Shown: positions 31,500-40,565 of the stretch, piece by piece
Position numbering within the stretch: the stretch's first letter is position 1
How the letters are laid out: the number at the start of each line of letters is the position of its first letter
Sequence record: DRR723986_3491
Direction: 5' to 3' (one strand)
DNA: 48,330 nt
The notes under the pieces: model-generated
Database searches by the model: none
What the model was told of the DNA's origin: nothing
Seen by the model: only the letters and a program-made list of their open reading frames with translations
Program-made: the position numbers and the translations under genes

Positions 31500-32846
31500 A
31501 TGATAGTTTCCTACGCACAGAATTTCGAAGATATCATGCTCTGGCGAGCACTGAAAGATGTTGAAAACGGCTTCTATATCGACGTCGGAGCAAATGATCC
31601 TGTGGCGCACTCTGTAACCAAATTATTTTACGATTCGGGGTGGCACGGGATAAATATTGAGCCAGTTGAGCAGTGGCATAGTTTACTCGTGAAGGACAGA
31701 CCACGGGACATAAACCTAAAAATAGCAGCGGGAGACGAGGTGCGGAGTGCGGAATTTTTTGGCTTTCCAGACACAGGATTAAGCACTCTCGATGAGACCG
31801 TAGCACAGCGGCATCGGACCAATACCAACCTCGTTATGCAGCAGCAATCTGTCGATGTAAGGCCTCTGGCAGAGATATGCGCACACTATTGCCCTATACA
31901 AATTCATTTCTTAAAGATAGATGTTGAAGGCGCGGAAGGTGACGTTCTAAAAGGGATGGACTTCAAAAGATTCCGCCCCTGGATCTTGATAATTGAATCA
32001 AATCTACCGCTGCAAGCAAGTCGCACTAAACAACCCTGGGAAGAAGCGCTTGAACGAGATGCATATAGTTTTGTTTACTATGATGGGCTGAATAATTTCT
32101 ATATTGCAAACGAAAAGTACACAAGCCTGCGAGATCACTTCTCCGCACCGCCTAACGTTTTCGATAGTTTTAAACCACACGAACTAGTAGTTTCTGAGTT
32201 GATGCATAAGGAATTAGAAGATCAATATCGCTCTCTGCAAGAAAATACAGATCGAGAAATTAAGGCGCTGGTAGAGAGACTAGATTATGTGTCAGGCGAG
32301 TTTACAGCAAATAAATCGGAGAAAGAGAAATTAAGAGCAGAGTTCAATCTCATCTACCATAAAAGTTTGCGAGAAAATGGTCAGTTAAGAAACGAAGTCG
32401 ATCGCTTAACTCATAGCTGGAGAAAAACTCTGGCAGATAACGATTCGTTGAGAATGCAAATTTCCGCGCTGGCCAAAAGAGATTCAGAATCTCGTATACA
32501 GCTAGATGCTATGTTAGGCAGCCTTTCCTGGAAGGTAACTTCACCCTTGCGGCGGATTGCACTGCTTTTGGCAACGCGTTACCACGAACTACGTCTGCAG
32601 AGCTCTCGCGTGTTTGACAGGATTCTCCGTTGGGGGATGGGGCATTCGCGCTTGGTAAAGCTCGTTCATTTTTTTCTGAAACCCTTTCCCGGATCAGAGC
32701 TGGCTCTAACTAGGAGAGCAGCAAGCGCAATGGGTGAGACTACGGTTAACAGCCCACCAGCGGTATGGGAGCTTAACGATCGAGCCAACAGGATTTATGC
32801 TGCGTTAAAGACAGCGGTCGAGACAAAGAGAGATCAGCTGCAGTGA
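31500..32846 (+). CDS. FkbM-family methyltransferase with coiled coil (WbdD-like chain terminator architecture)
   Basis: SYAQNFED, YIDVGAND, GINIEP and LKIDVEGAE motifs; heptad-rich helix ending in SLSWKVTSPLR. Confidence 0.82.
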   Translation: MIVSYAQNFEDIMLWRALKDVENGFYIDVGANDPVAHSVTKLFYDSGWHGINIEPVEQWHSLLVKDRPRDINLKIAAGDEVRSAEFFGFPDTGLSTLDETVAQRHRTNTNLVMQQQSVDVRPLAEICAHYCPIQIHFLKIDVEGAEGDVLKGMDFKRFRPWILIIESNLPLQASRTKQPWEEALERDAYSFVYYDGLNNFYIANEKYTSLRDHFSAPPNVFDSFKPHELVVSELMHKELEDQYRSLQENTDREIKALVERLDYVSGEFTANKSEKEKLRAEFNLIYHKSLRENGQLRNEVDRLTHSWRKTLADNDSLRMQISALAKRDSESRIQLDAMLGSLSWKVTSPLRRIALLLATRYHELRLQSSRVFDRILRWGMGHSRLVKLVHFFLKPFPGSELALTRRAASAMGETTVNSPPAVWELNDRANRIYAALKTAVETKRDQLQ

Positions 32847-34201
32847 TTCGATTGCTAATCGACATGCAAGGAGCACAGACTGATAGCCGATTCCGCGGCA
32901 TAGGCAGATATGTGACAAGCTTCGTTCACGCGATCATAGACTCCCAAGATGATATAGAGGTCTTCTTGGCGGTAAATGGAAATCTCGCAGAAGGGGCAGA
33001 GTATGTGCGAGATAGATTCCGTGGGGCTAGTCCAAAGATCAAGATCACTGAGTGGTTTGCTCCTGATCAGATTGCTTTTGACTATTGGAGGAGGGACTGC
33101 GCTGAACTTATAAAGAAGCACTTTTTCCAATCAATAAACCCTGACTTTGTTTTGATTACTAGTTTATTTGAAGGCCTTCCCTCCTTGGTTTCGATTGATG
33201 ACTTCGATCCACAAATTCCCTCGGGCGTTATTGTCTATGATCTGATTCCAGCTACTGATCCAGGTAGATACCTGGATCACGACCCCGCCTATAAAGAAGA
33301 CTATTACCGCAAGTTGAGCATGCTCCCAAAGGCGAGTGCGCTGTTTACAATATCTGAATATGCCAAGTCGGAAATAGTTAACGTTACTGAATTGTCAAAT
33401 GAACGTGTTTTCAATATATCTGCGGCAGTCAGCGAAAAGCTAATCTCCTCAAGCGCGGGAACGGTTGGCGCGCCATCCGAACTACCTCCGCGTCTGTTAG
33501 ATCGCGAGTTTTTGATGTACGCCGGGGGCTTCGAGCATCGAAAGAACGTTGAGATACTCGTCCGATCCTACGCTCTTTTAGATGAAGAAGCCCGAGAACT
33601 CTACCCGCTGGTTTTAGCCGGAAAAATCGAATTTGGCCGCAAAAAGGAATTAATGGAACTCGCAAGGGAGTTCGGTGTTAAGAGGAACGAGGTTATATTC
33701 ACAGAATTTTTAAGTGATGACTCGTTAATGTGGCTCTACCGAAAGTGCCACTTGTTTATATTCCCCTCACTTCATGAAGGTTTTGGCTTGCCCGTGTTGG
33801 AGGCCATGTCTTTAGGAGCTCCCGTAATCGCTTCAAACTCGTCCAGCCTTCCAGAAATTGTTGCGCTCCAGAGTGCTCTTTTTGATCCTACTGATGAAGT
33901 AGCATTGGCCAAAAAGATAAATAGAGTCCTCACCGATAGCAACTATCGCAACGACCTACTTAATAATTCGGCAGACAGGTCACAATATTTTTCATGGAGC
34001 ATCAGCGCCGGTAAAGCACTCCAGGTTATCTCTCGTCTTGTTGAAAATTTTCGTGACCCCAATGGTTCACCGGCTAATTTTGACTTTTTTAAGCTGTGTA
34101 ACGACATCGCGTCAATTGATATAGCACCTCCATCTGAGGAAGACTTGCTAGAAACATCGTTTCAGATTGAGAGAACATTCCATGACCACATTATTTTCTA
34201 A
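32843..34201 (+). CDS. GT4 glycosyltransferase (WbdA/WbpX-like, single domain)
   Basis: IDMQGAQTDSRFRGIGRY N-terminus as in WbdA, YDLIP, RKN and PSLHEGFGLPVLEAM motifs. Confidence 0.85.
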   Translation: MIRLLIDMQGAQTDSRFRGIGRYVTSFVHAIIDSQDDIEVFLAVNGNLAEGAEYVRDRFRGASPKIKITEWFAPDQIAFDYWRRDCAELIKKHFFQSINPDFVLITSLFEGLPSLVSIDDFDPQIPSGVIVYDLIPATDPGRYLDHDPAYKEDYYRKLSMLPKASALFTISEYAKSEIVNVTELSNERVFNISAAVSEKLISSSAGTVGAPSELPPRLLDREFLMYAGGFEHRKNVEILVRSYALLDEEARELYPLVLAGKIEFGRKKELMELAREFGVKRNEVIFTEFLSDDSLMWLYRKCHLFIFPSLHEGFGLPVLEAMSLGAPVIASNSSSLPEIVALQSALFDPTDEVALAKKINRVLTDSNYRNDLLNNSADRSQYFSWSISAGKALQVISRLVENFRDPNGSPANFDFFKLCNDIASIDIAPPSEEDLLETSFQIERTFHDHIIF

Positions 34202-35024
34202 TAGAGTGCCTGACTTTAGTCGAGCAAAAGATCCTCATACCTTTGGATCCTGCCTCTGCCGTGAGCAGCATTTTCACATGCCGTTGTACACATACTGGTG
34301 CCGGGCCTTGAAAGAGGCTCCACGTTTTCACAGAAAACAATGGGAGTTTGTATTCATTTGTCAGTCACTATATGAGAGAGGCTATCTAAAAGAGGGCTTG
34401 TCTGCCTTGGGCTTTGGCGTCGGAAGAGAACCTTTGGCGTCGTTGATGGCAAGTTATGGAATCAGTGTGCTAGCAACAGATCTGGAGTTTGAGAAAGCGG
34501 CGGAGCTTGGCTGGGTTGCTACAGACCAACATGCAACTGCAGTTGGTCACCTTAACGAACAGGGTATCTGCTCAGAGGATCTTTTTAAGAAAAATGTGTC
34601 GTATCAGAGCGTTAATATGAACGATATTCCTTCGGACATCGGGTCGTTCGATATATGCTGGTCGTCTTGTGCTTTCGAACATTTGGGTTCAATTCAGCTG
34701 GGACTGGATTTTGTTGTCAATTCGAGCCGGCTTCTCAAACCTGGCGGAATTGCTGTCCACACTACGGAATTCAATCTCACTTCTAATGATCACACTCTGG
34801 ATAACAACCCCAGCTTTGTCATTTTCAGGAAGAAAGATATTGAGTTGTTGCAAGAGCGACTCGTTTCTGAGGGTTTTGACGTTGAAGTTATAGATTACAG
34901 TTCGGGACATGATGAGTTGGAGAGCTATATAGACCTACCACCGTACGTGGATGAGCCACATTTGCGCCTGGAACTCGCCGGTAAGTATAGCTCGACATCA
35001 ATAGGGTTGATCATCAGAAATTGA
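34182..35024 (+). CDS. class I SAM-dependent methyltransferase
   Basis: HRKQWEF, LGFGVGREP, WSSCAFEHLG and LKPGGIAVHTTE motifs. ATG 34182 preferred over TTG 34167. Confidence 0.75.
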   Translation: MTTLFSNRVPDFSRAKDPHTFGSCLCREQHFHMPLYTYWCRALKEAPRFHRKQWEFVFICQSLYERGYLKEGLSALGFGVGREPLASLMASYGISVLATDLEFEKAAELGWVATDQHATAVGHLNEQGICSEDLFKKNVSYQSVNMNDIPSDIGSFDICWSSCAFEHLGSIQLGLDFVVNSSRLLKPGGIAVHTTEFNLTSNDHTLDNNPSFVIFRKKDIELLQERLVSEGFDVEVIDYSSGHDELESYIDLPPYVDEPHLRLELAGKYSSTSIGLIIRN

Positions 35025-35042
35025 CCTGGCGACTCTTTACCG

Positions 35043-35067
35043 AGGTCGAGTAAAGGCTGCTCGACCT
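35043..35067. terminator. hairpin between convergent genes
   Basis: AGGTCGAGTA-aaggc-TGCTCGACCT, a 10-bp stem with one G-U pair, 18 nt after the stop; no strong U tract. Confidence 0.35.
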
Positions 35068-35234
35068 GTTCAGAACTTAAGCTGATTGAGGCTCTGCAGA
35101 CGATTGCTAAATATCAAGGTCGAAGATATCTGTTGGAATGCAGATAAAGGAGGAAGTGACGTTCTGGATGAACGTACTCTGGTCAGAGCTTGAACCATTA
35201 ATCCAAACAAAGTACTGAGAATGAACAACCCGCT

Positions 35235-35966
35235 TCACTCGCGCTTAATCCTTTTTGGCTTTCCAAGAGCAGACTTATACTTATCAAGGACCCGTCTTGT
35301 CTCACCTTGCGCTTCGATCCTTCCCTGATCAATCCACACCGCCCGGTCACAGATCTCGCTGATCTGGTTGTCCATATGTGACACGAACACCACGGTTTGC
35401 TCCCCCGAGATGCGCTGCTTCATGGCGGCTTCCGCCTTGCCCCTGAAGGCGGCATCGCCAACGCTGAGCACCTCATCGATCAGCAGGATGTCCACGTGGG
35501 TCACCAGCGCGGCGGAAAAGCCGAGGCGCGAGCGCATCCCTGAGGAATAGGTCTTCACCGGCTCATCGAAGGACGCACCCAACTCGGAAAAGGCCTGGAT
35601 CTCGTCGAGATAGCCCTCAGCCTGCGCCGTGCTGCAGCCCTGCAAAATAGCGGACAGCCGGGCGTTGTCCCGGCCCGACAGCTCCGGCTTGAAGCCCAGG
35701 CCCAGGGACAACAGCGCAGCGGTCTTGCCGGGGTGCCGCCAAACCTCCCCTCGGGTTGGTGCCAGAATGCCGGCCATCAGGCGCAGCATCGTGGTTTTAC
35801 CCACGCCGTTGCGACCGATAATCCCCAGTGTTTCACCCTCGTACACCTGCAGTGACACATCGTCCAGTACCGTATGGACACCGCTCTCGTAAGCGCCACC
35901 CCGGGCCTGGTAACTGTGGCTCACGTGTTCCAGTGCGAGCATAACGGTTGCCTGTGTATCGCTCAT
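35235..35966 (-). CDS. polysaccharide ABC transporter ATPase without CBM (Wzt/KpsT/TagH-like)
   Basis: GRNGVGKTT, YSSGM, LIDEVLSVGD and VSH motifs; 243 aa. Confidence 0.88.
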   Translation of the reverse strand: MSDTQATVMLALEHVSHSYQARGGAYESGVHTVLDDVSLQVYEGETLGIIGRNGVGKTTMLRLMAGILAPTRGEVWRHPGKTAALLSLGLGFKPELSGRDNARLSAILQGCSTAQAEGYLDEIQAFSELGASFDEPVKTYSSGMRSRLGFSAALVTHVDILLIDEVLSVGDAAFRGKAEAAMKQRISGEQTVVFVSHMDNQISEICDRAVWIDQGRIEAQGETRRVLDKYKSALGKPKRIKRE

Positions 35967-36739
35967 CAGGTGATCGCCTTCAGCGCCAGGTACTGGCTCT
36001 TCTGCCGCATCAGCAGGACCATGCCCGCAAACAGGGCGGCAAACGCGAGCCCAATCACCGCCAGGTGCAGCAGGTCGGGGGCCAGGCCTTCGATCAGCAC
36101 CTGCCGGTAGGCATCAAGGATGAAAGCCAGCGGGTTGAGGGCCAGCACCAGATCCGTTTTTGCCGGGTCACCCAGGCCGCGCACATCCCAGAAGATGCCC
36201 GAGGTGAACAGCAGGAAGGTCATCGCCAGCGAAATCAGCATGCTGAAATCGCGGACCACGCATACGAGAAAAGCACCGACCATCGCGCAGCCGCAGATCA
36301 TCAGGTAGTTCACCAAAATGATCGGCAGCACCCAGAGCCAGGTAAAAGAAGGCATATACCCCTTGACCATCAGCACCCCGGCCAGCAGGGCGAACACCGC
36401 CGCCTGCTTATACAGGCCTTCCTGGATAACCGCCATGGGGAACAAGGTCTTGGGTACGTGGATTTTGCCTATCAGGCCCCGGCTGCCGACGATGCTATTC
36501 GAGGCGGCGGTCACGCTCTTGGAAAACCAGATAAAGCTGAGCTTGCCGACCATCAGGAAGATGAGGAAGTCGGCGCGCCGTGAGTCGAGCACGATGTTGA
36601 ACACCACGTAGAACACCGCCACATACAGCAGCGGCTCCAGCACCCACCAGATGTAGCCAAGAAAATAGCGCGACGCATCGGCCCGCAGGTTCATGCGAGC
36701 CAGGGTGTCCATCAGGCGGAAGAAGTGGCTGAGCGTCAT
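35966..36739 (-). CDS. polysaccharide ABC transporter permease (Wzm/TagG-like)
   Basis: LGYIWWVLEPL, RDF, FTSGIFW and LNPL motifs; coupled to the ATPase gene (TGATG). Confidence 0.88.
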   Translation of the reverse strand: MTLSHFFRLMDTLARMNLRADASRYFLGYIWWVLEPLLYVAVFYVVFNIVLDSRRADFLIFLMVGKLSFIWFSKSVTAASNSIVGSRGLIGKIHVPKTLFPMAVIQEGLYKQAAVFALLAGVLMVKGYMPSFTWLWVLPIILVNYLMICGCAMVGAFLVCVVRDFSMLISLAMTFLLFTSGIFWDVRGLGDPAKTDLVLALNPLAFILDAYRQVLIEGLAPDLLHLAVIGLAFAALFAGMVLLMRQKSQYLALKAIT

Positions 36740-36948
36740 TGAGGGCTAGGGATTGAATCGGGTCGGTGGTTCACAGTGGCCAGTTTAGCAAGATTCCGGG
36801 CCGGAGCGCGCGGTTTCTCTGATACCTCCCGCCAGGACTTGTAGCCGCCTGCGGGTGATGCCGGCGCTGGCCGGTTCCGATGTTCCCTGCGACACACGCT
36901 TTGCTTAGCCTTGAACCTGCAGCAAGTGAGGTGCCAGGAGAATCAGCC

Positions 36949-37323
36949 ATGTCGACGGTGGAGATAGATGTGCTAGCCTACGCGAAATCGCTGGAGGATG
37001 CGGGGTTCAACCGCATCCAGGCAGAGGCCATCGCGAGGGGTAATTCCACCATGCTGGCACAACACTTTGATTCCCTGGTAACGCAGGCGCATTTCGACCT
37101 GGCCGGGGAGCGGTTCGAACGGGAGTTTGAGCAGGTCAGTCGTCGATTTGAGGAAGTAGATAGCCGCCTCGACCGCGTGGACCAGCGCCTGCAGGCCATT
37201 GAAACCCGCCTCGGCGGCCTCGACACCATGAAATCCCAGGTCACCGTGCTGACCTGGATGATGGGTCTGGTAATCCTGGTTCTGGTGGTTCCACAATTGC
37301 AGGCTTGGTTCTCACCCGCCTGA
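36949..37323 (+). CDS. DUF1640/CCDC90-like coiled-coil protein with C-terminal TM anchor
   Basis: D.LAYAKSLEDAGF...QAEAI head, heptad stalk and TM tail (LTWMMGLVILVLVV). AGGAG RBS before ATG 36949. Confidence 0.7.
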   Translation: MSTVEIDVLAYAKSLEDAGFNRIQAEAIARGNSTMLAQHFDSLVTQAHFDLAGERFEREFEQVSRRFEEVDSRLDRVDQRLQAIETRLGGLDTMKSQVTVLTWMMGLVILVLVVPQLQAWFSPA

Positions 37324-37351
37324 CCCAACCCTAGCCGGAGTCACCCTCATC

Positions 37352-38146
37352 GTGCCACCCAGACCGGGCCATATTCCCCGCAAACGCTTCGGCCAGAATT
37401 TCCTCCAGGACCCGGGGGTCATCGGCCAGATCGCCAATGCGATTCATCCGCAGGCGGACGATCACCTGGTAGAAATTGGTCCGGGCCAGGGTGCACTCAC
37501 CGAGGCCCTGGTCGGTTCCGGCTGCCGGCTGGATGTGATCGAGCTCGACCGCGACCTCGTGGTGGGCCTGCTGGCAGCGTTCAGCATTTACAAAGGGTTC
37601 AAACTGCACAGTGCCGATGCCCTCACATTTGACTACGGCTCGCTGGTCACCGGGGGAGCGCCGCTGCGGGTGGTTGGCAACCTGCCCTATAACATCTCCA
37701 CCCCGCTGATCTTCAAGCTGCTCGAAAACGCCAGCCTGATCAAGGACATGCACTTCATGCTCCAGCTGGAAGTAGTGCAACGACTGGCGGCGGAGCCCGG
37801 CAGCAAACACTGGGGGCGGCTGGGCATCATGGCCCAGTACCACTGCGCGGTAGAGCACCTGTTCGATGTGCCGCCGGAAGCTTTTTACCCGCCGCCGAAA
37901 GTGCAGTCGGCCATTGTGCGTCTGGTTCCCCGGGTCCAGTCCCCCTGGGAGCCCTGCGATGAGGCCCGGCTGCGCAAAGTGGTGCAGGCGGCCTTCGCCC
38001 AGCGCCGGAAAACTTTGCGCAATAACCTCAAAGGCCTTATAACTGACGCCGAGCTGGAAGCCCTGGGGATCGACCCGGGCGCGCGGGCAGAGACACTCTC
38101 CCTGCCCCGGTTCATCGCCCTGGCCAACACGATCGCGAACCCATGA
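37352..38146 (+). CDS. rsmA: 16S rRNA A1518/A1519 dimethyltransferase
   Basis: RKRFGQNFL, EIGPGQGALT, NLPYNIST, PPPKVQS and QRRKTLRN motifs. Confidence 0.97.
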   Translation: MPPRPGHIPRKRFGQNFLQDPGVIGQIANAIHPQADDHLVEIGPGQGALTEALVGSGCRLDVIELDRDLVVGLLAAFSIYKGFKLHSADALTFDYGSLVTGGAPLRVVGNLPYNISTPLIFKLLENASLIKDMHFMLQLEVVQRLAAEPGSKHWGRLGIMAQYHCAVEHLFDVPPEAFYPPPKVQSAIVRLVPRVQSPWEPCDEARLRKVVQAAFAQRRKTLRNNLKGLITDAELEALGIDPGARAETLSLPRFIALANTIANP

Positions 38147-38565
38147 GCACAAGCGCAACAACCGCCTTCAACCCCGAGCAAGTGTCCGTCGAGGTGATCA
38201 CCACCTACCTCCCCCGCCACTCCCGGCCCGAGGAACACCACTTCACCTTCGCCTACACCATCACCATCAGCAATAACAGCGACCGGCCCGTACAATTGCT
38301 GTCCCGCCGCTGGCTGATCACCGACGGCGACGGCAAGGTGCAAGAGGTGCGCGGCGAGGGCGTGGTCGGTGAGCAGCCGGTGATCGAGCCCGGCGACCAC
38401 TTCCGCTATACCAGCGGCGCATCGATCGCGACACCTGTCGGCTTCATGGAAGGCAGCTACTTCATGGTCCTGCGGGACGAGGAAACGCAGGCGTCAGCCG
38501 AGAGCGCCGAATTCCAGGTGCCCATACCCGCCTTCTCGCTGCACCAGCCGCGGGCAGTTCACTAG
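38143..38565 (+). CDS. apaG: ApaG protein
   Basis: FAYTITI, QLLSRRWLITD, GEGVVGEQP and YTSG motifs. Confidence 0.95.
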   Translation: MSTSATTAFNPEQVSVEVITTYLPRHSRPEEHHFTFAYTITISNNSDRPVQLLSRRWLITDGDGKVQEVRGEGVVGEQPVIEPGDHFRYTSGASIATPVGFMEGSYFMVLRDEETQASAESAEFQVPIPAFSLHQPRAVH

Positions 38566-38576
38566 GGTCACGGGGC

Positions 38577-39443
38577 GTGAGCACCTACGTTGTCGGCGAC
38601 GTGCAGGGCTGCCTGCAACCCCTCAAGTGCCTGCTCAAGTCAGTTAGCTTCAACCCCGACCGGGACCGGCTCTGGTCCGTTGGCGACATAGTCAATCGCG
38701 GCCCCAAGTGCCTGAAGACCCTGCGCTGGTTCTACGAGCGCCGCGACCATATCGTGATGGTATTGGGCAACCACGACCTGCACCTGCTGGCAGTGGCTGC
38801 GGGGGCCAGGGCGCCCAGCCGCTCAGACACCCTCGACAAGATTCTCAAGGCGCCGGACCGCAATGTGCTCATCGAGTGGCTGCATCACCAACCGCTGCTG
38901 CATCAGGAGCACGGCTATACCATGGTGCACGCCGGCATCCCGCCACAGTGGTCAGTGGACGAGGCCGCTGGCTATGCCCGCGAGGTGGAGCAGGTTCTGC
39001 GAGGCCCGGATTGCGTGGCCTACCTGCGCGATATGTACGGTAATGAGCCCATCGTCTGGTCCGATGACCTGGAAGGCACAACGCGGCTGCGGGTGATCAC
39101 CAACTACCTGACCCGGATGCGCTACTGCACCAAGAAAGGCAAGCTCGACCTGATCAGCAAGGGTCCCAGCCCGGACCCGGCCGCGCTCAACGGCCTGAAC
39201 AAGGTGTCCGCCTGGTTCTCCCACCCGGACCGCAAGACGATCAACGACAAGATCCTGTTCGGCCACTGGGCCTCACTGGACGGCAAGACCGACAATCCCA
39301 AGGTGATCGGCCTGGACACCGGTTGTGTCTGGGGCGGCTCAATGTCGCTGTACGAGTTGGAAACCGGCACCTGGACACGCTGCCAGTGCAAGAAGGGCCG
39401 CTGCGCGGATGCGGTGGCTGTCTCACCACCGCGCCCCGCCTAG
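38577..39443 (+). CDS. apaH: symmetrical Ap4A hydrolase
   Basis: GDVQGC, GDIVNRGP, LGNHD, HAGIPP, FGHWA and LDTGCVWG motifs. Confidence 0.96.
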   Translation: MSTYVVGDVQGCLQPLKCLLKSVSFNPDRDRLWSVGDIVNRGPKCLKTLRWFYERRDHIVMVLGNHDLHLLAVAAGARAPSRSDTLDKILKAPDRNVLIEWLHHQPLLHQEHGYTMVHAGIPPQWSVDEAAGYAREVEQVLRGPDCVAYLRDMYGNEPIVWSDDLEGTTRLRVITNYLTRMRYCTKKGKLDLISKGPSPDPAALNGLNKVSAWFSHPDRKTINDKILFGHWASLDGKTDNPKVIGLDTGCVWGGSMSLYELETGTWTRCQCKKGRCADAVAVSPPRPA

Positions 39444-40462
39444 GCCACGTAGCCCTCGGGGTTGCCGACCTGCCAGCGCCAGGCATCAGCACACATCTGC
39501 GCCACATCCCGTCGCGCTTCCCAGCCCAACCGGTCTTTCGCCAGCGAGGGGTCGGCCCAGTACTGGGCGATATCCCCGGGACGGCGAGCGACGATCTCGT
39601 AGGGCACCGGCCGGCCGCAGGCCTGGCTGAAAGCCGCCACCAGCTCGAGCACACTCACCCCGCGACCCGTCCCCAGGTTGACCGGGAGGTAACCGCCACT
39701 GGCAAGCAGGTGGGACAGGGCCGCCACATGGCCTTCAGCCAGATCCATCACATGGATATAGTCGCGCACCCCGGTGCCGTCCCGGGTCGGGTAGTCACCG
39801 CCGAATACCTGTAATACCGGCCGCCGCCCCACCGCCACCTGACTGACAAACGGCATCAGGTTGTTGGGCACACCGCGCGGATCCTCCCCGATCAGCCCAC
39901 TCTCATGCGCCCCGACCGGGTTGAAGTAGCGCAGGGCAGCAATGTTCCAGGCCGCATCGGCGGCATGAAGATCGCGCAGGACCTCCTCCACCATCGCCTT
40001 GCTGCGCCCGTAGGGGTTCTCGGCATTGAACGGAAACGACTCGACCATCGGGTTGCTGGGCGGCTCGCCGTAGACCGTGGCGGAGGAAGAGAAAATCAAC
40101 GAGCGACAATCAGCGGCGTCCATGGCCTCCAGCAAGGTCATGGTGCCGCCCACATTGGTCCGGTAATAGCGCAGCGGCTCCGCCACCGACTCCCCTACCG
40201 CCTTGAGCCCGGCGAAGTGGACTACCGCAGCGATGTCGTGATCCGCAAACACGGCGTCCAGTGCCCCGCAGTCCAGCACATCGCCCTCGATGAAGTCCGG
40301 TCGGGTGCCGGTAATCCGCTCCAAGCGGTTCAGCACCTCCGGGTGGCTGTTGCTGAGGTTATCGAAAATCACCGGCTGAAAGCCGCGCTCGATAAGCGCG
40401 ACGCAGGTGTGCGAGCCGATGTAGCCGGCGCCGCCGGTGACGAGAATGCTGGATGACGGCAT
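39440..40462 (-). CDS. galE: UDP-glucose 4-epimerase
   Basis: TGGAGYIGSH, HFAGLKAVGES, SSSATVYG, YGRSK and LRYFNPVGAH motifs. Start set at MPSSS. Confidence 0.93.
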   Translation of the reverse strand: MPSSSILVTGGAGYIGSHTCVALIERGFQPVIFDNLSNSHPEVLNRLERITGTRPDFIEGDVLDCGALDAVFADHDIAAVVHFAGLKAVGESVAEPLRYYRTNVGGTMTLLEAMDAADCRSLIFSSSATVYGEPPSNPMVESFPFNAENPYGRSKAMVEEVLRDLHAADAAWNIAALRYFNPVGAHESGLIGEDPRGVPNNLMPFVSQVAVGRRPVLQVFGGDYPTRDGTGVRDYIHVMDLAEGHVAALSHLLASGGYLPVNLGTGRGVSVLELVAAFSQACGRPVPYEIVARRPGDIAQYWADPSLAKDRLGWEARRDVAQMCADAWRWQVGNPEGYVA

Positions 40463-40565
40463 GAGCTGCCCGGGTTGTGCAATCAGTCGACGAAGATAAC
40501 GCGCCGCACAGGGCATGACAATTCAGCAGTTGGCGGCCCGCCAAGCTCCTCTGTACACTCGCCGC

